Positions 56,457 through 64,000 of a stretch of DNA of 64,000 nt are shown here, one piece after another. The notes beneath the pieces were generated by a model, which was not told the DNA's origin, did no database searches, and saw only the letters and a list, made by a program, of their open reading frames with translations. The stretch is from positions 62,001 to 126,000 of the IMG/VR virus record IMGVR_UViG_3300009177_000028, one strand, 5' to 3'. The position numbers were made by a program, and so were the translations under genes. Position 1 is the stretch's first letter, and each line of letters opens with the position of its first letter.

Positions 56457-57965
56457 TTACGAGTACCAAGTATCTAAAACTTCTGGAATAGAATATGGGC
56501 CGCCGCATGGGAAAGCTGGCGCATTTGCTAATGAAATTTGCGTATCTACCCAAACAACAGCCTGCGGAGGATCGCATGAAGTATCATACGCTCTTAATTT
56601 ATAATATTGGGTTAAAGTGGATAAGTTTAGTGGTAGAGTGCCGGTTCGATAAATTGTTTTAAAATAGTCCAAAGATCTAACAACATTGGCAATTCTCAAA
56701 TCTTGCACACTAAAATTAGCTTCTTCTTTAGTTGGTGAAGAGGTAACTAAATAAAGCGGGGTAGCTCCGATTACCAAAGCGCCCGGATTTGCACTAGTTG
56801 CGGTAAAAATTAATCTTGTATTAGCTGCCGGAATAACAGTTGAGTTGCTAAAAACTGTAGTTTTTCCGCCAGCAGCGCTTTGAATGCCGATTGAAACTGT
56901 GTTACTTGATGTTGATGTAGTATATAAGGTTTCAAATGTAGTTGACCCTTCAAAAAATTTAATTTCTGCATTAAGGGTGCCACCGGCCAATGAATTCATA
57001 CGCCATTCAATTACAAAAGTTCTGTTGGGGGAAGATCCCACTGTTGTGGTAAAAATTCCCAAACCAGTTCCGCTAGTGGTTGTGTCTCTTTCACAAACGT
57101 TAATGGTTGCCCCAAGTGAGGAGTTTGGTAAGCTAAAATTAAATGCATTTGTAGCTTGTCCGAATTCCACGAACCCATTTGATGAAGCATTAACAGAAGT
57201 ATATGTTATTCCCCATACGGTTACTGGAAATGGTAAAGCAACAGTAGTCATTACTTCATCGCCATGGTTTCCAATATCTGTTACACCAGAAACATAAGTT
57301 CCAGTAGAAGATGTAATGGCGTAACTAACGTCATTATAAAGTACATAAGGCCCCGGCATAGTCGTGCTTTGTAACTGGGCGGCACCGTTGTAAGTTAATA
57401 GTAAACATCCATTTAGATAAGATCTCATGGCGGTCCCATCATGCGTAAACCCTATGTGACACCATTGATGTAATGGAATCGGGAAATCGGTAACTGTTTT
57501 ACTTGTTTGTGCAGTTGGTGAGGTAGCACATCCAAAATAAACATCTTGCCCGCTGTTACCAGAACCATTAGAGACTTCCCAAGAAAAGAATGGGGCAGCC
57601 CATGTATTTGTTGTTGTGTGCTGTCTAAATAGTTTTTTAACGAATTGTTGAAAATTACTATTATTAAGATAGCTTCGTAAATTAACCCAAAATGAAATAG
57701 TAAATGGTGGTTGTGTATTTATATTTTCTGCACCAAAAATATAGTTTCTGGTGGCCGAAGCGCCAGAAGGATAGTTACCAGCTCCAGGGAAATATGGGCA
57801 GTTACCACCAAATACCCCCGTGCCTGTTCTGATTATTGTACCACTAACAGATAGATCCGTAGACGCACTTCCGGCTAATATACTTCCGGTGTTTTTGTAA
57901 ACTCCAGAGGTCTCATCTAGAAGCCATACGTAGCCATCATTTGTATCGGGTGGTATTCTTGCCAT
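56457..57965 (-). CDS. LamG-domain virion-type protein with inserted NIDO-like domain and class C tail
   Basis: FTISFWVNL...WCHIGFTHDG..MRSYLNG...VQDLRIANVVR. Insert ALPFPVTVWGITY.SV.ASSNG...GSSPNRTFVIEW. Tail YYKLRAYD. Confidence 0.7.
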   Translation of the reverse strand: MARIPPDTNDGYVWLLDETSGVYKNTGSILAGSASTDLSVSGTIIRTGTGVFGGNCPYFPGAGNYPSGASATRNYIFGAENINTQPPFTISFWVNLRSYLNNSNFQQFVKKLFRQHTTTNTWAAPFFSWEVSNGSGNSGQDVYFGCATSPTAQTSKTVTDFPIPLHQWCHIGFTHDGTAMRSYLNGCLLLTYNGAAQLQSTTMPGPYVLYNDVSYAITSSTGTYVSGVTDIGNHGDEVMTTVALPFPVTVWGITYTSVNASSNGFVEFGQATNAFNFSLPNSSLGATINVCERDTTTSGTGLGIFTTTVGSSPNRTFVIEWRMNSLAGGTLNAEIKFFEGSTTFETLYTTSTSSNTVSIGIQSAAGGKTTVFSNSTVIPAANTRLIFTATSANPGALVIGATPLYLVTSSPTKEEANFSVQDLRIANVVRSLDYFKTIYRTGTLPLNLSTLTQYYKLRAYDTSCDPPQAVVWVDTQISLANAPAFPCGGPYSIPEVLDTWYS

Positions 57966-57975
57966 ATATTTTTAG

Positions 57976-59439
57976 TTAGGTTACGCTAACTACTCCCATT
58001 TGAATAAATTGTCCATCGTATGGTTGAACAGGATTGGTTATTCCTGATATACTGTAAGGCGGATTAGCGCCAGAGTTTCTAATTTCTACGCTATCAATAG
58101 ATAAAGCGGTTAGCGTAATAGTTGCGCCCCCATTCATTTGAATAATTTTAGTATAATCTATCGGGTAAACTACAGTTTGTCCCGATGTTCCTCTATTAAG
58201 ATAAAAAGTTTGGGCCGGGCTGGACACGTCTAACTGATAAATATTCCAGTTATCAGCAGCCGGAGTGCCTCCTGTCTGGAAATATGCTCCATCATTAGTT
58301 CCACCAGTATAGGTTTTTTGTTCAATTACCCCTCTAAATCGTAACGTAACATTATATAGTGTCACGGTAGATCCTGGAAGAACAGTAGAAACGGTAGTAG
58401 AGGCGGTGGTAGAACAGGCCACACTATTAACATTTCCGGTGTTAGGTAATAACCAAGTTAATCCATTTAAAGCATCAGTAACAGTTGTTGGTGTACTATT
58501 TTGAAATCCTAGGACTCCCCATTTTTCTAATACTTCAATGGGGCCTAAAGTAGCAAGAGTGCCACAGGGTATAGTTGCTCCAGTATAATTAATGCCGGTA
58601 GAAACCCAATAAATTGGGGAGGGAGGCGAGCAAGCATTATCATAAGCTCTTAATTTATAATATGTGGTAAAAGGGATCCCAGATCCTGAAGTTGTCATTG
58701 CTTGTCTATAGATATTTTGAAAATATGACTGTGGACGAGCAACGTTGGCTATTCTGATATCACATATAGAGCTGGCGCACTCTTCAGGGTTACCTGATCC
58801 GGATGGAATTGCTCCAAAAAACCATGGACCATGAGTACCGTAGTTAATAGCTCCGGTTGCCGCTGTTTGCCCAACCAAATTACCATTTAAATATCCATAT
58901 TGAAATGATCCATCATATACTAATCCTATATGACACCATTGATTTAGTGGAATATTATTATTTGCGTCTAACACCATTCCACCACCCGTCGCAGTTGCCG
59001 CAAACAAGTCGAAGGCGGTAGGCTGACTGGTATACTGTCTTGTTTGCAAACCTATTTGTCCAAATACTGAGGACCAGTTTCCGGCTGTATGTTGTTTGGT
59101 AAATGGGTGTTGTGTAAAACCCGTAGTATTATAGTTTCTAAGATAATACCAAAAAGAGAAAGTAACAGGAGATTGCGGCTCAACGTTATTGGCGCCAGAA
59201 ATAAAATTGCGCGGAGAGCCGCTATTATTTGCTGTAAATGTGACGCAGGTGTTTGCACCCATAGATGAGAACGGGCTTGGTTGCTGAAAATTTGCTATTC
59301 CTGAGAATGTAGCTAAATCAGAAACTGCATGTGAAATAGCAGATGGAGATGTAGACGAATTAATAAATGGGGCTGCCGTCTCATCTAGTTTCCATACTAC
59401 AATATCATTATTATCAGGATCAACTCTAATACCTGTCAT
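57976..59439 (-). CDS. LamG-domain virion-type protein with class C motif and extra C-terminal domain
   Basis: VTFSFWYYL...WCHIGLVYDG...YLNG...CDIRIANVARP..YF, then YYKLRAYDN. Confidence 0.7.
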   Translation of the reverse strand: MTGIRVDPDNNDIVVWKLDETAAPFINSSTSPSAISHAVSDLATFSGIANFQQPSPFSSMGANTCVTFTANNSGSPRNFISGANNVEPQSPVTFSFWYYLRNYNTTGFTQHPFTKQHTAGNWSSVFGQIGLQTRQYTSQPTAFDLFAATATGGGMVLDANNNIPLNQWCHIGLVYDGSFQYGYLNGNLVGQTAATGAINYGTHGPWFFGAIPSGSGNPEECASSICDIRIANVARPQSYFQNIYRQAMTTSGSGIPFTTYYKLRAYDNACSPPSPIYWVSTGINYTGATIPCGTLATLGPIEVLEKWGVLGFQNSTPTTVTDALNGLTWLLPNTGNVNSVACSTTASTTVSTVLPGSTVTLYNVTLRFRGVIEQKTYTGGTNDGAYFQTGGTPAADNWNIYQLDVSSPAQTFYLNRGTSGQTVVYPIDYTKIIQMNGGATITLTALSIDSVEIRNSGANPPYSISGITNPVQPYDGQFIQMGVVSVT

Positions 59440-59445
59440 TTGTCC

Positions 59446-60156
59446 TCAAGTCTGAAATCCATTATGGTAAATATTAGCAAAATATGATTGTGGTCTAACA
59501 ACATTGGCTACTCTAATATCTTGAACCATAACCGGGGAGCCTTGCACCGTGCTAGATCCGGGAACACAACCAACATACCATTGTCCCCTATTACCCAATG
59601 TGCCATAATCAATGGTTCCAGAAAAATTACTAGAAACAACTAACCCGCCATTTATATACATTCTAAGTGTAGTGCCATCCCAAGTTCCGCCAATATGACA
59701 CCACCTACCAACTGGCAGATAATTATTTGTAGATGGCGTTCTTACGAACTGTAAAGTTCCATTAAGGGTAATATACAAATCTAATTGTCCATCACTTGTG
59801 TTGAGTAATTGAAATCCAAATGTTAAAAAGGGGCTTGACAAACCATTCAAAAAATACTGTTTATTAAAAATTTCAGCAAAATAGTTAGTATATCTTCTTA
59901 AGAAAACCCATCCAGATAAGCTAATGTTGGGGGTAACTAATACATCATTATCTCCACCGGCCCCATCATGATTTGATGAAATATAAGATGATGGAATGTA
60001 AATACAGTCACCTAGCAACCCCTGTGCTCCAGAGATTGGGTTACCATAATCTGTCCAATCTGCTGAGGCTGCTGTTCCGGTATTGGTATGAGTACCAGGA
60101 CCATCATTCAGAAATAAGACAAGAACATCATTTGCATCTGGGTCTACTCTAGCCAT
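59446..60156 (-). CDS. Single LamG-domain virion-type protein
   Basis: ISLSGWVFL...WCHIGGTWDGTTLRMYING...VQDIRVANVVRPQSYF. N-terminus RVDPD.ND is shared with its two neighbours. Confidence 0.75.
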   Translation of the reverse strand: MARVDPDANDVLVLFLNDGPGTHTNTGTAASADWTDYGNPISGAQGLLGDCIYIPSSYISSNHDGAGGDNDVLVTPNISLSGWVFLRRYTNYFAEIFNKQYFLNGLSSPFLTFGFQLLNTSDGQLDLYITLNGTLQFVRTPSTNNYLPVGRWCHIGGTWDGTTLRMYINGGLVVSSNFSGTIDYGTLGNRGQWYVGCVPGSSTVQGSPVMVQDIRVANVVRPQSYFANIYHNGFQT

Positions 60157-60162
60157 TTATCC

Positions 60163-61407
60163 TCACGCATATGTTACTTGTACTCTAGCATTGCTACAGA
60201 TAACTCTATCTGTTACCGAGCCACCCGTCTTCCAAAGTCTAACTTCATATCTACTAGTTACATCATTTCTTAAATGTCCATTGGATGAACCGATAGTCAT
60301 AACAGCAGAGTACTCCGTTGTAGTAGTATTGGTAAAATGAAATTGTGAATTTGTTACTACAACATTATGTGTAGTATCAAATAAGTGAACATATCCATCA
60401 AAAGATGGGGCCGAAATTTCAACGTCAGCCATAAATTTAACAGTTCTTACTCTACCATCTGATAAGGCAGTTGGATACTTAGTCATGTCAATGAATCTTC
60501 CGCCTATTCCTGCTGGCGTAGTAAATCCATTTAAAACAACTCCGGTAACAAATTGAATATCATTTGGTAAAGCTAACGGCTGCAAGGCGCTAACTACAAT
60601 TGGAAGACTGTAAGTAATTTCAATTCTAGCATTTCTACAAATTACTTGATCATTTGTTCCACCGCCTGTTAGATAAATCTGAACTTCGTACATGGTATCA
60701 TCACAGGCATCATCACGAATGTATCCATCAGTTGTTCCTGATTCGATAATGGCGCTCAATTCTACTGAGGCTAAACTGCTTGTTGATAATGTCGAATTTA
60801 AAATAATTACATTGTGAGTAATATCTTTAATTTGAACAAATCCGACAGTTGCAGAATTAGTTACTTCTAAATCTGCTTTGAATGTCATTGTTCTGTTTCT
60901 GCCATCTGGATAGCTGGCTGGATACAATTCGGTGTCAATCTGACGCGCTCCTACACGAGTAGGATTAGAAGTATTTGCGTAACCGTCACCAGATAAGAAG
61001 CCGATATCGTTCGGTAAAACAACAGAAGTTGGCAAAACGTTCAAAACGATATTGCTCAAAGTCTGAGGAATCCAGGCGATACCGCTCCAAGCAATAACCT
61101 GATTAACGGTTGGTGCGTTATCTGCTAGTGGTCTGCCTTGAAGGCCGACGACTCGACCATTAGAAAGAGTGCCACTTAGGTCTCCGCCCAAATTATTAAT
61201 TTGAATAGCGGTGATTCTGGCATCCATATCATCCAAACGGGCCCTGACGGTGGTGTAGGATCCGCTAGGCTTGACACCTAACTCAGCTTCAATAGCGATG
61301 ATAGCATTGCGTAATCTGTTAACCGTATCGCCCATGACGGGAGTGGAATCATCCGTCACAAGAGGTAAGGTAGCGTTTGTATCTATCTGAGCTGGGTATT
61401 TTGACAT
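60163..61407 (-). CDS. Virion-type protein with shared N-terminal attachment module and duplicated C-terminal domain
   Basis: MSKYPAQIDTN..LP...ELGVKPSGSYTTVRARLD and GGDLSG...GLQGRP, then two copies of LPNDI.F...YP....DGR.RT..F.AD.E...DITH/DTTHN...Y(E)V..Y/W..GG...D.VIC.NAR. Confidence 0.72.
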   Translation of the reverse strand: MSKYPAQIDTNATLPLVTDDSTPVMGDTVNRLRNAIIAIEAELGVKPSGSYTTVRARLDDMDARITAIQINNLGGDLSGTLSNGRVVGLQGRPLADNAPTVNQVIAWSGIAWIPQTLSNIVLNVLPTSVVLPNDIGFLSGDGYANTSNPTRVGARQIDTELYPASYPDGRNRTMTFKADLEVTNSATVGFVQIKDITHNVIILNSTLSTSSLASVELSAIIESGTTDGYIRDDACDDTMYEVQIYLTGGGTNDQVICRNARIEITYSLPIVVSALQPLALPNDIQFVTGVVLNGFTTPAGIGGRFIDMTKYPTALSDGRVRTVKFMADVEISAPSFDGYVHLFDTTHNVVVTNSQFHFTNTTTTEYSAVMTIGSSNGHLRNDVTSRYEVRLWKTGGSVTDRVICSNARVQVTYA

Positions 61408-61450
61408 GAAAAGCCTTAGATCTCTTGATGGTTTAAATTTTGCTGAAGAT

Positions 61451-61467
61451 ATGCCAAAATTTTAGTA
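61451..61467 (-). promoter_or_regulatory. Candidate phage late promoter driving the minus-strand array
   Basis: Reverse complement TACTAAAATTTTGGCAT in the divergent intergenic region; near-identical to the copy at 30471. Confidence 0.55.
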
Positions 61468-61539
61468 TAGTTAAGAGGTAAGAACCGCCTCAAAATCCGC
61501 AAAGAACTAAATGTTGCCAATAGGTTAAGGCTTATAAAT

Positions 61540-64000
61540 ATGTCCAATTATCCTTTCAGCCAAGACAATAACATCACCCTTCCTGGAGTTTCAGGAACTT
61601 CGGATGAAGATGTTGCTATTACCGCCCTTCGAGAGGCAGCATTTGCAATTGAAACAGAATTAGGCATCAAACCGAGCGGTATTTATACCGATGTTCGTGC
61701 CAGATTAGACATCCTAGAGTCCAGAATAAATGGATCAATTCCGTCTGGAGTCACCAACGATGGCTATATTCTTAGCCCATTACTTCTTTGGAATACTTCT
61801 TCAAACGTTACCCTATCCATCAGCGATGGTTATGGTGTTCCAACCGAAAATAGAATTAACGGCTCTCTATTTATGAGGGCTGACGGTTACGCCAATAATG
61901 AACTTTATGTTCGTAGAAGCGGAGCCTGGTATCCAATTCAAACAGATTTGTGGGTTGCAAGCGGAGATTTATCTGGAACTTATCTTTCCCAAACAGTTAT
62001 TGGCCTTCAGGGTAAATCACTTAATTCATCCTTAGCAACTATAAATACTTTTGGTTTATCTAGAGACGGCTACCATTTAACTTGGAATGCTTCAGGACAA
62101 TATTGGGAAGCTCAAACCGGATTTAAAGCTGCTGGTGACTTAGCAATTACCAATAGCCCACCTTGGGGAAGAACTAGCCAAGTAGTAGTTGGCCTTCAAA
62201 ACAAGGCCATTGCTCCGGCAGCTACAACGCCAAGTGACGGTGATGTATTAGTTTTTGAAACCACTGATAATCACTGGGAACCACAGCAACCAGCCGTAGT
62301 TTTTGGTGGGTCTGTGCTCGCTGGAGACGGCTACGTAACCAGAACCAATATTCGTTCTAACAAATTACTTCAATCACCTTCCGCCAATACTTCTAGCAAA
62401 GTTGGAATGGTTAACTTTGGCAGCCGCTCATCAGGTCTTACTGCCGGAACTACTGAAAACTATGCCGCCATTCTTAGCGGTGATAGACACGCAGCTAGCG
62501 GACTTTTCAGCCTAATTACCGGTGGTGATACCAACGTAGCTAGTGGTCAGTATGCCACGGTAATTAACGGAACCACCAATACAGCCAGCGCAAATTATTC
62601 TGTAGTTATGGATGGTTACAGTAATACGGCTTCTGGAATTCATTCCTACGTATTGAATGGTTCTGCTAACGCTCCAGCGGCTCTTTATTCTTCAGTTCTA
62701 AATGGTATTTCTAATACTATTTCTTCAACTTCTACTCATGCTGCCATTGGATTTGGTTCAAATAACCAAATTACTGGAGCAACCGCAACTTACACCCTAA
62801 TCATGGGTGGAAGCGGCAACCAAGCCTCAGCTCAGAACGTCTTCCTTGGAAATCCAACTGGAGCTACTGTTCAGTCTACTTATTCAACAGTCTTGACTGG
62901 TTTGAATAATTCCATAAACTCAACTTCTAATTTCTCTGCTATAATTAGCGGAAATACTAATACAGTATCTGGATCTTCTGGATTTGGTTTTATTGGAACT
63001 GGTAATAACATTACTGTTACTGGATTATATGCTACTGTTCTTAATGCAACGGTTGCTACTGCTAACGGTCTTCATAGCTTAGTTCTAAATGGTAATACTA
63101 ACTCTGTTACTGGAAGTTTCTCAACTATCGTCAACGGAAATAATAACACTATCAGCGGACCGATCGCTTATGGCACTATCTTGGACGGATACGGTAACTC
63201 AGTATCTGGTGCTGGCGGATTAGTTGACGGTTATAATAACACTGTCTCTGGTATTTGGTCAACCATTCTAAATGGAAACGGAAATAGTATTTCCTGTAGA
63301 AATAGCACCATTCTCAACGGATCTTCCAACTCAATGGATGCCGCCAGCTCAGAAAATACAATTCTGGTTGGTACCTCCAACGTTCTAACTGGAACCAACA
63401 ACACAGTAACTATCGGAAGTGGTAATACGTTAACAAACGTATCCAGTCACTTTGTTCTAGGTAGCTTCAATACCCATCAATCTAACTTCTCATTCACCAA
63501 TGGAAGTTTAAATACAAGTTTGTCCGGAGCAGCCTTCAATAGGATTTGGGGATCTTCTAATACCATTGGAACTAACGTTACGATCAACGGTATCTTTGGT
63601 AACTCTAATGCTCTTGGACCAACCAGCACCACTAGCAACAACTTCGTAGCAGGCTCTTCCAATATCGTTGACGGCTATGGTAACAGCACCGTTCTAGGCT
63701 CTACAAATATTGCCAACTCCAGCTTTGGATTAGTCCAAGGACAGTATGGTAAGTCAAGAATGTTTGGACAACAGGTCCACGCTAACTCCAGATTTACTGC
63801 CGGTAGAGTGGGTGAAGCTCAATGGTCTAGGATGGTATTGACCGGAAATGCAAACTCCGGTGCCTCTATTCCTCTTCTATTGCAGGACGCCGCCCCAACA
63901 CCAATTACCTTTGTAGATGGCTATTCTTATGATCTACAAATTCGTGTAATGGTAGTTAATACTTCACCAATTAGCCCTAACCCAGTGGTCCCAGCTAGAT
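61540..64000 (+). CDS. 3'-truncated fibre/adhesin-like virion protein with ~15-aa beta-roll repeats (not in ORF track)
   Basis: My translation is open from ATG 61540 to the window end: MSNYPFSQDNNITLP...ELGIKPSGIYTDVRARLD, GDL.G...V.GLQ repeats, then YAAILSGDRHAASG/LFSLITGGDTNVASG/QYATVINGTTNTASA repeats resembling YadA-head (Hep/Hag) beta-rolls. Confidence 0.8.
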   Translation, partial: MSNYPFSQDNNITLPGVSGTSDEDVAITALREAAFAIETELGIKPSGIYTDVRARLDILESRINGSIPSGVTNDGYILSPLLLWNTSSNVTLSISDGYGVPTENRINGSLFMRADGYANNELYVRRSGAWYPIQTDLWVASGDLSGTYLSQTVIGLQGKSLNSSLATINTFGLSRDGYHLTWNASGQYWEAQTGFKAAGDLAITNSPPWGRTSQVVVGLQNKAIAPAATTPSDGDVLVFETTDNHWEPQQPAVVFGGSVLAGDGYVTRTNIRSNKLLQSPSANTSSKVGMVNFGSRSSGLTAGTTENYAAILSGDRHAASGLFSLITGGDTNVASGQYATVINGTTNTASANYSVVMDGYSNTASGIHSYVLNGSANAPAALYSSVLNGISNTISSTSTHAAIGFGSNNQITGATATYTLIMGGSGNQASAQNVFLGNPTGATVQSTYSTVLTGLNNSINSTSNFSAIISGNTNTVSGSSGFGFIGTGNNITVTGLYATVLNATVATANGLHSLVLNGNTNSVTGSFSTIVNGNNNTISGPIAYGTILDGYGNSVSGAGGLVDGYNNTVSGIWSTILNGNGNSISCRNSTILNGSSNSMDAASSENTILVGTSNVLTGTNNTVTIGSGNTLTNVSSHFVLGSFNTHQSNFSFTNGSLNTSLSGAAFNRIWGSSNTIGTNVTINGIFGNSNALGPTSTTSNNFVAGSSNIVDGYGNSTVLGSTNIANSSFGLVQGQYGKSRMFGQQVHANSRFTAGRVGEAQWSRMVLTGNANSGASIPLLLQDAAPTPITFVDGYSYDLQIRVMVVNTSPISPNPVVPAR

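Noticed and set aside
30469-61469. Invertible 31-kb segment bounded by the 19-nt inverted near-repeat
   Set aside because: Both copies are better explained as promoters placed before genes, and no recombinase is in the window.
1-64000. CRISPR array, tRNA/rRNA genes, transposase or integrase
   Set aside because: I saw no regularly spaced repeat-spacer pattern, T-loop/cloverleaf or recombinase motifs, and intergenic gaps are mostly under 70 nt. A tRNAscan-SE run would be the formal check.
1-64000. Alternative genetic code (stop-codon reassignment seen in some huge phages)
   Set aside because: TAA, TGA and TAG all end full-length conserved genes, and no gene is fragmented under code 11.

Overview
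This 64 kb window looks like part of a very large tailed bacteriophage (jumbo/huge phage). It uses the standard genetic code, is AT-rich, has Shine-Dalgarno sites and ATGA-coupled operons, and I saw no tRNA, rRNA, CRISPR array, intein or integrase. The phage call is an inference from gene content; no capsid, terminase or host marker lies in the window. From left to right it holds: (1) two giant virion/baseplate-type proteins, one 5'-truncated with LamG domains and one with a split dockerin-like pair; (2) a glycosylation island (GT4, two GT2, RmlB-like dehydratase) containing a zincless-finger Nei glycosylase and a membrane protein; (3) a tubulin-family GTPase followed by an SF2 helicase, a DnaC-like loader and DnaB; (4) two FmdB-type Zn ribbons, a sigma-70-family factor, a class II ribonucleotide reductase, PIN-PhoH, methionine aminopeptidase and a P-loop kinase; (5) two long fibre-like proteins; (6) accessory enzymes (HExxH protease, flavoprotein, DEDDh exonuclease, GT-B, HAD, degenerate macrodomain, M23 peptidase); (7) a 16.5 kb minus-strand array of paralogous virion-type genes; and (8) a 3'-truncated fibre gene missed by the ORF track. 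The most unusual signals are: a triplicated A/B gene-pair array whose conserved scaffolds carry two ~65-aa plug-in modules in 0-3 copies at equivalent loops, including one module nested inside itself; a DGY tripeptide seen about 35 times in virion-type proteins and never in the non-structural proteins (manual count); and a recurring T(A/G)CTAA-N6-RGYAT candidate late promoter. All family assignments come from motif recognition by eye, not database searches.
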